The translations under genes and the position numbers were made by a program. 41,207 nt of DNA, from the sequence record DRR378314_814; one strand, written 5' to 3'. This document shows positions 9,742 to 18,469 of this stretch, in pieces. The notes below the pieces were generated by a model. It worked only from the letters and a program-made list of their open reading frames with translations. It searched no databases and was not told where the DNA came from. The first letter of the stretch is position 1. Each line of letters begins with the position of its first letter.

Positions 9742-10629
9742 ATGGATGAGATTGAGCAAAATCTGGAAACGGTCAACAAGTATGTCGATTTCGTGATTGA
9801 GTTCGGCGTCAAATACGGTTTTCAAATCGTCGGCGCACTTGTCTTCCTGCTCTTTGGCCTGATGGTTGCCAACTGGATCGGAAACCGGGTTTCCAAGGTT
9901 GCGCTGGCCCGAAATATCGATCCAACATTAAGTGGTTTTATCGGCAGCACCCTCAAACTGGTGCTGCTGGTGATGCTGGTTATTATCACACTTGGCAATT
10001 TTGGCATCAGCATCGCCCCCCTGATTGCGTTGGCCGGTGCCATTTCCTTGGGCGCCACCCTGGCATTACAGGGGCCGATTTCCAATTTCGGGGCTGGCAT
10101 CGCCATTATCCTGACCCGCCCTTTTGTGGTTGGCAATGTGATCAACGTGCTCGGAGTTAGTGGTGTCGTGGATAAAATCACCCTCGGTATCACTTTCATC
10201 ACCGGTGAGGACGGCGAACAGATCTCTATTCCCAACAAGGAAATTGTGGGTCAGGTCATCGTCAATTCCCACGATACGCGCATTCTGGAAACCACCCTTG
10301 CTGTGCCGGCCGGTGTGGATACGGACAAGCTTGAGGAGGCATTGCTACAGATCCTGAAAGCCCATCCGGACATTGTGCAAGCACCGGCGCCCCAGGTGGG
10401 CATTCATGACTTCACCTATGGCGGTTATGTCATGGGGTTGCGGTCCTGGGTACCGGGCCGTAAATATTTTCAGGTCCGCTATGACGTCAATAAATCCGTT
10501 CGTCAGGCCCTTGCCGAGTTGCAGGTTGATCTCCTGAACCCGACAATTTCCGCCCTTGCCCTGCCGGACCTGGCCCAGGCCAATCAAAGCGCCTCTGCGG
10601 ATAGAGCGTCCAATCATCCTGCGTCCTGA
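9742..10629 (+). CDS. mscS: Small-conductance mechanosensitive channel, MscS family
   Basis: TM1-TM3 pattern, ALQGPISNFGAGIAIILTRPFVVG, SGVVDKI and IPN motifs. Confidence 0.88.
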   Translation: MDEIEQNLETVNKYVDFVIEFGVKYGFQIVGALVFLLFGLMVANWIGNRVSKVALARNIDPTLSGFIGSTLKLVLLVMLVIITLGNFGISIAPLIALAGAISLGATLALQGPISNFGAGIAIILTRPFVVGNVINVLGVSGVVDKITLGITFITGEDGEQISIPNKEIVGQVIVNSHDTRILETTLAVPAGVDTDKLEEALLQILKAHPDIVQAPAPQVGIHDFTYGGYVMGLRSWVPGRKYFQVRYDVNKSVRQALAELQVDLLNPTISALALPDLAQANQSASADRASNHPAS

Positions 10630-10662
10630 TCCGGCCCGAGCTTCAAGCCGCTGCCCCATCCC

Positions 10663-11157
10663 TTAATGGCGCACCAGCTTAAAGCCCTCTTCTTCGCGGG
10701 GCAGCTCAAAATAGCCGGTGACCATCATGAACTCTTCCGGGCTTGAAAACTTGCTGCCCTCGGGCCGGTCCTTGTTGCGTTTTTTCAACTGAACAAGGCA
10801 TTCTGCATTGCTCCGATCCAGCAGATGCAGCTCATGATCCACCGCTGTTTCCTTGATCAGGCTTTTGAACCAGGCCCGCTGCGCGCGGGTGTTGCCGGGA
10901 AAATCCATGACAACAGTGGTGCCAGAGCTCAGCAGATCCATCACATGATCTTTCAGGATCCGTTTCAGCCGCGCTGAATGGGTGATGTATTTCTCGAAAG
11001 TTGTGATCTCTTCGGGAAACAATCGGCTGAGCCAGACATCCTCACTGATCAGGATGGCCCGCTCTTTTTCGGCCAGACGGGAGGCCAGCGTCGATTTGCC
11101 AGAAGCCATCTTTCCGCAGAAAAAATGCAATTTGGGGGAACTTTGAGACGTCTTCAT
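10663..11157 (-). CDS. AAA_33 family P-loop NTPase / predicted small-molecule kinase
   Basis: FFCGKMASGKST Walker A and VVMDFPGNT; start at MKTSQ preceded by GAGGAG. Confidence 0.82.
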   Translation of the reverse strand: MKTSQSSPKLHFFCGKMASGKSTLASRLAEKERAILISEDVWLSRLFPEEITTFEKYITHSARLKRILKDHVMDLLSSGTTVVMDFPGNTRAQRAWFKSLIKETAVDHELHLLDRSNAECLVQLKKRNKDRPEGSKFSSPEEFMMVTGYFELPREEEGFKLVRH

Positions 11158-11251
11158 TTTCTTCTCCTCTCGAGGCCCGGAGGGGAAGAAAAACTGCACA
11201 ACGATCCAACCCCTCAAGGGCGGACGTTTTGAACCTTCTTAAAACTCCGCC
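11158..11251 (-). promoter_or_regulatory. Putative translational attenuator with an RBS-sequestering hairpin
   Basis: Hairpin GGCGGAGUUUU/AAAACGUCCGCC over the uORF stop; hairpin UUUCUUCCCCUC/GAGGAGAAGAAA covering the RBS; alternative partner GAGGGG between them. Confidence 0.55.
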
Positions 11252-11307
11252 ATTCTATTTTTCAGAATGACGGCCACAATGGTCATATGTGCGAGTACGT
11301 TTTTCAT
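11239..11307 (-). CDS. Putative leader peptide MKNVLAHMTIVAVILKNRMAEF (22 aa)
   Basis: ATG lies 7 nt after the -10 of a TTTACA-N17-TAACAT promoter (11315-11343); the stop sits inside a strong hairpin upstream of the AAA_33 gene. Confidence 0.5.
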   Translation of the reverse strand: MKNVLAHMTIVAVILKNRMAEF

Positions 11308-11388
11308 GGCCGCGATGTTAGCGGCGCATTCCAAACCTGTAAAGATAGAAAATACGGTTTTTGGAAATCTTATTTTTTGGGGAGAAAA

Positions 11389-11465
11389 TGGTGGGTGTAA
11401 CAAGATTCGAACTTGTGACCTCTGCCATGTCAAGGCAACGCTCTAACCAACTGAGCTATACACCC
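11389..11465 (-). tRNA. tRNA-Val(GAC)
   Basis: GGGTGTATAGCTCAGTTGGTTAGAGCGTTGCCTTGACATGGCAGAGGTCACAAGTTCGAATCTTGTTACACCCACCA: 77-nt cloverleaf, anticodon GAC, encoded CCA. Confidence 0.97.
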
Positions 11466-11495
11466 CCAGCATGCGTCTGCATGTGAAGTGGGCGT

Positions 11496-11524
11496 CTTAT
11501 AATCCGCCGGGAAAAGCTTGGCAA
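11496..11524 (-). promoter_or_regulatory. sigma70-like promoter of tRNA-Val
   Basis: TTGCCA-N17-TATAAG followed by a GC-rich discriminator. Confidence 0.6.
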
Positions 11525-11559
11525 CCCTCTTTTTTACAAGGATTGCCAATTCGGTGGTT

Positions 11560-11931
11560 TCAGGACGCCTGCTGGGCCGTGAGGGTTTTGTCCACCGCCT
11601 CGACCAGAGAATTCAAATGGAACGGTTTGGACAGAAGCTGGCTGAAATTTACATCTTCGCCAACATCCTCCATGGCGATGGCAGAAAAGCCGGTGATATA
11701 GATAACCGGCACACCAGGCTTGGCCTCTTGCGCCCGCATGGCCAGCTCCAAACCGCCCACGCGGTCCATCACAATATCGGTAATCAGGATATCAAAGGGC
11801 CCGGCCTGCACCGCTGGCAGCGCATCCTCCCCATCTGCGAATGCAAGCACCTCATGTCCGACATTTTCCAGGCTCCGAGCCAGGAAATGCCGCATCGAAT
11901 TGTCATCTTCCGCGAGTAATATACGAGCCAT
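11560..11931 (-). CDS. cpdR: Single-domain response regulator CpdR
   Basis: MARILLAEDDNSMRHFL...TDIVM...ITGFSA...LSKPFHL; position between tRNA-Val and N-formylglutamate amidohydrolase is typical of Alphaproteobacteria. Confidence 0.88.
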   Translation of the reverse strand: MARILLAEDDNSMRHFLARSLENVGHEVLAFADGEDALPAVQAGPFDILITDIVMDRVGGLELAMRAQEAKPGVPVIYITGFSAIAMEDVGEDVNFSQLLSKPFHLNSLVEAVDKTLTAQQAS

Positions 11932-12078
11932 AAGGGTAAATACGCCACTCTTGATCTAGCATTGTAATCTTTCCTTTAGCCTATACTATACGGATATGGA
12001 ACGCAAAAGGCGTGAACCAAAATGGCGGTTTTCGGCGGTTCAATTTTGTGTCATCAATTGGTTAAACTGGAGTTACGG

Positions 12079-12954
12079 GTGAAAAGCCTAGAATCGCATC
12101 CGATCAAAATTACCTACCCAGAGGTGTGGAGCCTGCCCCTGATTTTCTCCTCCCCTCATAGTGGAGACTACTATCCAGAGGCGTTTATTAAATCCTCTCG
12201 GCTCAACCTGATGGCCCTTCGCCAGTCAGAAGATTATGCCGTTCATCACCTGTTTGAAACCTGCGTATCCCTGGGTGCACCGCTCCTCGCCGCCCGCTTT
12301 CCCCGGGTCTTCTGTGATGCCAATCGGGAGGCATGGGAGTTGGACCCGGAAATGTTCGACGAACCGTTGCCGGCTTTTGTCAATCATCACTCCCCCCGGG
12401 TCAGTGCCGGTCTTGGCACCATCCCGCGGATCGTCTCCACCGATGTGCCCATCCTTGATCGCAAGCTCACCTTTGCCGAAGCGGAACAGCGCATCACCAC
12501 CTGTCACCAACCCTATCATGAAGCGCTTCACAGCCTGATTCAAAAATGTCAGCGGCAATTCGGCTTTGCGCTGGTCATCGATTGCCATTCCATGCCCGGC
12601 AATCTAGAGCGTGAAGCGGATGACCCCAAGCTCAGTGATTTTATCCTTGGCAATCGATTTGGTCGGACCTGTCCTCAGGAGATTACGGACTTAGTTGCCG
12701 CTACCCTGAACGATCAGGGCTATGAAGTGTCTTTCAACTCTCCATATGCCGGTGGATTTATTACCCGCACTTATGCAGATCTGGCGCGGAATATCTATAC
12801 GCTGCAGATCGAGGTGAACCGCGATCTCTATATGGATCCGGCCAAACTCTGCCTTCTGCCTGACGCCACAAAATTGCTGGCGAATCTGGGGTTTCTTCTG
12901 GCCCGGCTGGGCGATCATTTTCAAAGTTGCGGCGAAAAATACAAAACGGCATAG
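12079..12954 (+). CDS. N-formylglutamate amidohydrolase family protein
   Basis: SSPHSG, SED, DCHSMP, PYAGGFIT and QIEVNRDLY motifs; GTG start after GGAG (track start 12022). Confidence 0.88.
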   Translation: MKSLESHPIKITYPEVWSLPLIFSSPHSGDYYPEAFIKSSRLNLMALRQSEDYAVHHLFETCVSLGAPLLAARFPRVFCDANREAWELDPEMFDEPLPAFVNHHSPRVSAGLGTIPRIVSTDVPILDRKLTFAEAEQRITTCHQPYHEALHSLIQKCQRQFGFALVIDCHSMPGNLEREADDPKLSDFILGNRFGRTCPQEITDLVAATLNDQGYEVSFNSPYAGGFITRTYADLARNIYTLQIEVNRDLYMDPAKLCLLPDATKLLANLGFLLARLGDHFQSCGEKYKTA

Positions 12955-12997
12955 CCTTTGCATAATTTTGGTCAGAACTGGTATCAGGAGAACCTAA

Positions 12998-13684
12998 ATG
13001 TCCAGACTGACGCAAAGCTTGATCCTCTTTTTGATGCTGCTGGTAACCACGCCGGCGGCGGCGGGCGTGTTTCCTGCAAATGGCGCTAAGCATTTGACAA
13101 CATGCAGAAATGCAACCGAAGTGATGGAGAAGAAATTCAAATTGCCCAAGCGGCTTTTGAATGCAATTTCCCTGACAGAAACCGGTCGCTGGCACAAACC
13201 CAGCCGGGAAATTATTGCCTGGCCGTGGACAGTTTATTCCGAGGGGCGCGGTCGTTACCTGCCCAATAAGCAAGCCGCCATTGCCGAAGTCAAAATGCTG
13301 CAGGCCAAGGGTGTTGAAAATATTGATGTGGGCTGCATGCAGGTGAACCTTTACTGGCATCCCGATGCCTTTGACACTCTTGAAGATGCGTTCGACCCCC
13401 AAATCAATGCCAATTACGCGGGAAGTCTTCTGAAAAAGCTGCAACGCCAACATAGGTCCTGGACCCTGGCCGTTGCCTATTATCATTCCCAGACCCAGAA
13501 ATATTATATCCCTTATCGCAAAAAGGTTTTCAAAATCTGGCAGGCGCAAAAGCGCAAAGACAGCGAAGCGCGCATGGCCAAAGCCCGCGAAGCCTATAAA
13601 AAACGCCGGAAAATGATCGAGCGGAAAATCGCCGAGCAAAAGGCACAGCGCCTCGCCCAGCGCGAGGGGGAAGAAAACAGCTGA
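12998..13684 (+). CDS. Secreted lytic transglycosylase (SLT domain)
   Basis: Signal peptide; AISLTETG catalytic Glu, WPWT, IDVGCMQVN, AVAYYHS; basic coiled C-tail. Confidence 0.85.
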   Translation: MSRLTQSLILFLMLLVTTPAAAGVFPANGAKHLTTCRNATEVMEKKFKLPKRLLNAISLTETGRWHKPSREIIAWPWTVYSEGRGRYLPNKQAAIAEVKMLQAKGVENIDVGCMQVNLYWHPDAFDTLEDAFDPQINANYAGSLLKKLQRQHRSWTLAVAYYHSQTQKYYIPYRKKVFKIWQAQKRKDSEARMAKAREAYKKRRKMIERKIAEQKAQRLAQREGEENS

Positions 13685-14767
13685 TCAACCCGATTGTGTT
13701 TTTGGCACCTGTTCCAGTTCCCATTGCATCAGGGTTTCTTTTCGCTCAAGACCCCAGCGATATCCATGTAATTTCCCATCACTGCCCATAACCCGATGGC
13801 ACGGCACGATCAGGGAAACGGGGTTGGTCGCGCAGGCCCGCCCGACCGCCCGGGAGGATTTGGCCCGGCCCATTTCCCTGGCCACCTGATGGTAGGTTTT
13901 TGTGTGTCCCGGGGCGATCTTCAAAAGCTCATTCCAGACAAGCCGCTGAAAGGCCGTGCCATAAATATCCAGCGGTACATCCAGCGTGACCTGGCCCTGG
14001 GCTTCAAGATACCGGGTAATCCGATCCGCCCAATGATCCAGAACCCCAAGCTCCTGTCCGATTTCCGCTTTGGGAAATTCAGTGTGCAACTCAGCAATCA
14101 GCGTGTCATCGTCATCGCCAAAATAAACGGCGCAAATCCCCTGCCGGGTTCCGGCCACCAGCATGCGCCCCAAAAAACAATCGACGATGCTATAGGCAAT
14201 TTCCGCGCCGCGCCCGCCTTTGGCATAGGATGCAGGCGACATGCCAAGGCGGACAGTCGCCGCCTCATATAACCGGCTGGAGGAGCCAAACCCCGCGCCA
14301 TAAGCTGCATCTGCAACGGTGCCGCCAGCTTTCAGATTTTCTTTCAATCGCCGATTTCGAAGCGCGTCAAAATAGTCAAGCGGGCTCACCCCGATCAGTT
14401 TCTTGAACGTCCGCGACAGATGATCTTCACTATACCCAATCTTACCTGCCAGCATTTTAAGACTGGGCTTGCGATCTTCCCCGTCCGCCAGCCAGGTTTC
14501 CAGCAGCGAACAGATCTCCCGCACCATGCGAATTTTATCGCTGACAATGATGGAATTTTGCGGCTGACATTTACGGCAGGCCCGAAAACCAGCCCCTGTT
14601 GCCGCCAGCGCACTGGCAAAATAGGCCATATTGGCGGGCTTCGCCTGGCGGGAGGCGCAGGACGGACGGCAAAAGATCCCGGTTGTCTTCACCCCATAGA
14701 AAAAGACCCCGTCATATTCCGGATCCCGGTCCTGGACCGCCTCCAGCATCACTGCTTCTGTCAACAT
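13685..14767 (-). CDS. ada: Bifunctional transcriptional activator / O6-methylguanine-DNA methyltransferase Ada
   Basis: Zn-binding FCRPSC...FRACRKC, AraC-type HTH, active-site PCHRV. Confidence 0.93.
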   Translation of the reverse strand: MLTEAVMLEAVQDRDPEYDGVFFYGVKTTGIFCRPSCASRQAKPANMAYFASALAATGAGFRACRKCQPQNSIIVSDKIRMVREICSLLETWLADGEDRKPSLKMLAGKIGYSEDHLSRTFKKLIGVSPLDYFDALRNRRLKENLKAGGTVADAAYGAGFGSSSRLYEAATVRLGMSPASYAKGGRGAEIAYSIVDCFLGRMLVAGTRQGICAVYFGDDDDTLIAELHTEFPKAEIGQELGVLDHWADRITRYLEAQGQVTLDVPLDIYGTAFQRLVWNELLKIAPGHTKTYHQVAREMGRAKSSRAVGRACATNPVSLIVPCHRVMGSDGKLHGYRWGLERKETLMQWELEQVPKTQSG

Positions 14768-14859
14768 CTTGACGTTACCTTTCACAATTTGGATGTGAAA
14801 GTTTTAGCGGATCCGCCCACCGGAAACCATCCGCTTTCCGTTCTGCAATCTGAACGCCC

Positions 14860-15129
14860 TCAGGTTCTTGTTTCCTCAAGCTTTGGATCGTCTTCTTCGG
14901 GTTCAGGAGATGTCTTGTTTTTCCGGCGAATAATGATGTCCCCGTTTTCCAGCATTTCCGGCGCGGAATATTGAGGGATAGCATCAACAAACATGCCCAG
15001 CGCGTTCATCAGCTTGCTGATCCCTTCCAACGCCAGATCATCAGGCCCCTTTTCGTCGGCAAGACTGCCACTGGCCGCAACACACATGAGGCTGACGCCT
15101 GCAAGGCTGCCAATTAACAGTTTTCTCAT
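14860..15129 (-). CDS. Small secreted hypothetical protein
   Basis: Signal peptide, YSAPEMLENGDIIIRR motif, AGGAG RBS. Confidence 0.75.
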   Translation of the reverse strand: MRKLLIGSLAGVSLMCVAASGSLADEKGPDDLALEGISKLMNALGMFVDAIPQYSAPEMLENGDIIIRRKNKTSPEPEEDDPKLEETRT

Positions 15130-15279
15130 CCTGTTCTCCTATTTACAAAACTACAGATTAAATCATGGGGCGCGAATGGGGCTTTTTCAAGAACCTGAGG
15201 GAAAAAGGAGCCATCGCTTGCCAATTGGAGGCAGGCCAATAGAATAAAAGGCGGATCGCACATTGGGGAGGGGTAACAC

Positions 15280-15423
15280 ATGAAAAATCTGACCGGTCTG
15301 GGTCAGTTCAGGGACAGCAGCTTCGGCTTTTTTGGGGGTTTAAGTGTATTTTCCATTGAACTGAGGGCTCTTTGGTATCTCTCGCTTGATAAAAAACGGT
15401 TGGAAAACGCCGGCAAGATATGA
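15280..15423 (+). CDS. Putative 47-aa small protein (not in the ORF track)
   Basis: MKNLTGLGQFRDSSFGFFGGLSVFSIELRALWYLSLDKKRLENAGKI; GGGGAGG RBS and an upstream CTTGCC-N17-TAGAAT promoter-like element. Confidence 0.4.
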   Translation: MKNLTGLGQFRDSSFGFFGGLSVFSIELRALWYLSLDKKRLENAGKI

Positions 15424-15450
15424 GTTCCCCTTTCTGATTAAGTTGTTTTC

Positions 15451-16341
15451 ATGACTAAACCCCTGTCTTCAAATCCGGCTTTTCAACTGATTGCCGTTAT
15501 CGACTGGTCAGCGGCGGCCAGTCCCGGCCCCCTGCGGGAAAGCCCGGATCGTTGCTGGATCGGCTGGATGGATCTGGCAGGTCATCAGGGGACGGAATAT
15601 TTTCGCACCCGCCATGACTGTCGCTGCCGGTTGCAGGAACTGGCCGCCTTGGCCGGCGGGAACGCGCTGTTCGCCTTCGATTTTCCCTTTGGGTATCCGG
15701 CTGGATCGGGACTTGGCGGGGGCCGAAAAGCCGCGCTCAAAATCCAGAACTATCTGACCTCTGCGCCCAATGATGCCAATAACCGGTTTGCCGCGGCCTC
15801 CCAACTCAATGAAGGGATCTCCGCGCTGCCCGGGCCATTCTGGGGGCATCCTATGGGGCAAAGCCATCCTCATTTAAGCCGTACCAAGCCTCCTTTTGAA
15901 CATAGCGGTTTTTCCGAATGGCGCATTTCGGAGGCAAAACTCAAACAGCTCGGCTTTGGCATCATGAATGTGTGGCAGCTTCTGGGACAAGGATCGGTCG
16001 GCAGTCAGACCCTGACCGGACTTTTCGAGTTGCTGCGGCTGGCCGATGCCTTATCACCGCAGTATCCCGCCCGGTTTTGGCCCTTTGAAACCAACTGGAA
16101 CCAGCAACTGGACGGACTGATTTTTGCCGAAGTTTGGCCCAGCCTGTCTGATCATCCCGCCATAGATCATCCGATCAAGGACGCCCGTCAGGTTACCGCC
16201 TGCCGAAACTGGCTGATGGACCTGAACCTGTCTGGATCTCTGACCGCTGAACTTGCCGCCCCGGCTCTTGCCACCGCAGAGTTGAGCGCCGCCCTACAGG
16301 AAGAAGGCTGGATCGTTGGAATTAACCGATTAATATCGTGA
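15451..16341 (+). CDS. Hypothetical protein, DUF429-like (possible RNase H-like fold)
   Basis: AVIDWSA, FAFDFPFGYP, GSVGSQTLTG, FAEVWPS and EEGWIVG motifs. Confidence 0.7.
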   Translation: MTKPLSSNPAFQLIAVIDWSAAASPGPLRESPDRCWIGWMDLAGHQGTEYFRTRHDCRCRLQELAALAGGNALFAFDFPFGYPAGSGLGGGRKAALKIQNYLTSAPNDANNRFAAASQLNEGISALPGPFWGHPMGQSHPHLSRTKPPFEHSGFSEWRISEAKLKQLGFGIMNVWQLLGQGSVGSQTLTGLFELLRLADALSPQYPARFWPFETNWNQQLDGLIFAEVWPSLSDHPAIDHPIKDARQVTACRNWLMDLNLSGSLTAELAAPALATAELSAALQEEGWIVGINRLIS

Positions 16342-17529
16342 CAGCAGATCTTCTTTTGTCGGTCGAAACTTTTCATCGATCCAGAATTGCTCCAGCTCCT
16401 TCAGTTTCATCCCCATTTCCGGACCCGCCACCAGTCCGGCTTCCAAGAGGTCCTGACCACTGACTGGAAATTCCGGCATTTGCCAGTTATGTGCCGCTTC
16501 GCGCTGTTTCTGCCAATAGGGATCTGTTGGATCCTCGGCGATTAACAGGCTGACCTGGTCCAGATACGCATTTCGACCCAACCGGTAAATCTGCTCCTCA
16601 AAATCCCGGATATCGAAGCGCAAATCCCGATAGGACCACACCGCTTGTAGTCTCTGTTTTTGTTTTTTCGACAGACAAATCCGAAATTGCAGTGCATCCA
16701 AATTCGGGAGTTCCCCGGTAATCAGGGCCGCCAGACGCAGAAGCGGGTCAGGTTTTCGGTGCTGGGTTGCCAGCAATCCTTGAAACCGGTTCCAATTGGC
16801 CGGACTGGAAAACACCTGGGCCCAAACCTCAGTCTCTATCATTTTCTGGACGGCAAAAGACGGATCGTCACTGGCCAGCAGGCTCAGGATCTCCTTGGTA
16901 ACCCGCTCACAGGACAGAAATCTCAGTCCCCCCCGTTCCGCACTGCAGGCGGCCAGCGATCTTTCATCAAGCTTGCCTTCAGAAAACCGGGCAAGGAAGC
17001 GAAAAAACCGAAGGATGCGCAAATAATCCTCGCGAATGCGTTGGCTTGGCTCGCCAATAAACCGGACCAGCCCGGCTTGCAGATCTTGCGCGCCCCCGAA
17101 ATAATCCAAAAGCCTCCCCTCGCCGGTCATATAAAGCGCATTAAACGTAAAATCCCGGCGGGCAGCATCCGCAGTCCAGTTATCGGTAAAGCGCACCTTG
17201 GCATGCCGCCCATCGGTTTGCACATCTTCACGCAGGGTCGTGACCTCAAACACCCGCTCCTTGATCACGGCGGTAACCGTGCCATGATCAAGCCCTGTCG
17301 GAATCACTCGAATTCCGGCGGCTTTCAGGACTGTCATCACGGTTTCAGGCGGCAGCGTGGTGCAGATATCCAGGTCTTCACTGGTAATCCCCAAAAGCGC
17401 ATCGCGCACGCAGCCGCCAACAAAGCGCCCCTCCCCACCGGCGGCAGCAAGGCATCCCAGAAGCGCGCGGCTTTCCGGGTAATGAAGCCAGATCGGCGGC
17501 TCCTGCTTCAGATCTTTAAGTGATAGCAC
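16330..17529 (-). CDS. cca: CCA tRNA nucleotidyltransferase (class II)
   Basis: FVGGCVRD, DLDI, EVTTLR, RRDFTFNAL and EDYLRILRFFRF motifs. Confidence 0.9.
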   Translation of the reverse strand: MLSLKDLKQEPPIWLHYPESRALLGCLAAAGGEGRFVGGCVRDALLGITSEDLDICTTLPPETVMTVLKAAGIRVIPTGLDHGTVTAVIKERVFEVTTLREDVQTDGRHAKVRFTDNWTADAARRDFTFNALYMTGEGRLLDYFGGAQDLQAGLVRFIGEPSQRIREDYLRILRFFRFLARFSEGKLDERSLAACSAERGGLRFLSCERVTKEILSLLASDDPSFAVQKMIETEVWAQVFSSPANWNRFQGLLATQHRKPDPLLRLAALITGELPNLDALQFRICLSKKQKQRLQAVWSYRDLRFDIRDFEEQIYRLGRNAYLDQVSLLIAEDPTDPYWQKQREAAHNWQMPEFPVSGQDLLEAGLVAGPEMGMKLKELEQFWIDEKFRPTKEDLLSRY

Positions 17530-17543
17530 CGCCCCCTCCGGAT

Positions 17544-17819
17544 CTAGTCAGGTTCGCGCGGCAGGATCTGGCTATCAATTAGCTTTCCATCTTCATAGCG
17601 GGGCGGGATATAAACGCCGTCACGGGGATTATCCTGCACAGCCCAAAGCACAATGAAACTGCCCCCCATCAATAGAAGGCCAATGATCGCAGTGATGGCG
17701 ACAGAGCGCCCTTGGATGGTTCCTTCTCCTCCTGCCCGCTTCACCATCAGCAGGTAAATTCCGTAAATTACGAACGGAATCAGAAACAGCATCAAATGGA
17801 ACAACATTCCCCTAATCAC
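17544..17819 (-). CDS. Small membrane protein (DUF6111-like)
   Basis: Two TM helices and YIPPRYEDGKLI tail; lies between nudL and cca. Confidence 0.78.
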   Translation of the reverse strand: MIRGMLFHLMLFLIPFVIYGIYLLMVKRAGGEGTIQGRSVAITAIIGLLLMGGSFIVLWAVQDNPRDGVYIPPRYEDGKLIDSQILPREPD

Positions 17820-18469
17820 AGCTTTTTCACCCTTTCTGACAGGTCTTTCAACATCCCTGCCGTCGCGCCCCAGATATAATAATCATTATACGGCATCGCA
17901 TACCAGAACCGTTCTATACCATTATGGAAACCGGAATGCTTGCGATGGTTTGCCTCATCCAGTAAGAAGCGCAGCGGGACTTCAAAAATTTCTGCAACTT
18001 CGCTTTCCTCTGGTGTCAAATCAAAGGACGGCTCGACCAGTCCAACCACTGGAATAACGGTGTAACGGGTCACCGTGATATAGGTGGAAAGGCTACCCAC
18101 CACTTCCACCAGAGCCGGGTCCAACCCAATTTCTTCATGACTTTCACGAAGGGCGGTTGAGACCGGGCTGGTATCAAAGGCTTCGGCCCGCCCGCCGGGG
18201 AAACTGATTTGCCCCGCATGTTTGTTCATATGGATGGCACGGCGGGTCAGAATGACTGATGGCTCCGCCTCTCGCACCACAATTGGAACCAGCACGGCGG
18301 CCGGTTTAAAATCATCAACCGCGCTTGGAAAACTGGCAGGGTTGAGATCATGATCTCCCTTGAGCCCGCTGGCATCTGCCATTTGCAGAATGTCCTGCTC
18401 GGGCACCGGGTCCAGCAACCCTTGAAAACTGTCCCTTAAAATATTTTTGTCATTCGCCAAATAGTTCAT
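17816..18469 (-). CDS. nudL: Nudix CoA pyrophosphatase (NudL/PCD1 family)
   Basis: AAVLVP, LTRRA..HAGQISFPGG, ALRESHEEIG Nudix box, IWGATAGML. Confidence 0.88.
   Translation of the reverse strand: MNYLANDKNILRDSFQGLLDPVPEQDILQMADASGLKGDHDLNPASFPSAVDDFKPAAVLVPIVVREAEPSVILTRRAIHMNKHAGQISFPGGRAEAFDTSPVSTALRESHEEIGLDPALVEVVGSLSTYITVTRYTVIPVVGLVEPSFDLTPEESEVAEIFEVPLRFLLDEANHRKHSGFHNGIERFWYAMPYNDYYIWGATAGMLKDLSERVKKL

Noticed and set aside
11239-11433. 64-aa ORF starting inside the tRNA
   Set aside because: The 5' part is tRNA sequence; only the last 22 codons from ATG 11307 are retained as a leader-peptide candidate.
10630-11465. Integrative element at the tRNA-Val 3' end
   Set aside because: No integrase is present and I could not find a duplicated tRNA 3' end; only one ordinary gene lies downstream.
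12051-12065. CtrA box upstream of cpdR
   Set aside because: Only TTAA-N7-ATGA on the minus strand; plausible from known cpdR regulation but too degenerate to call.
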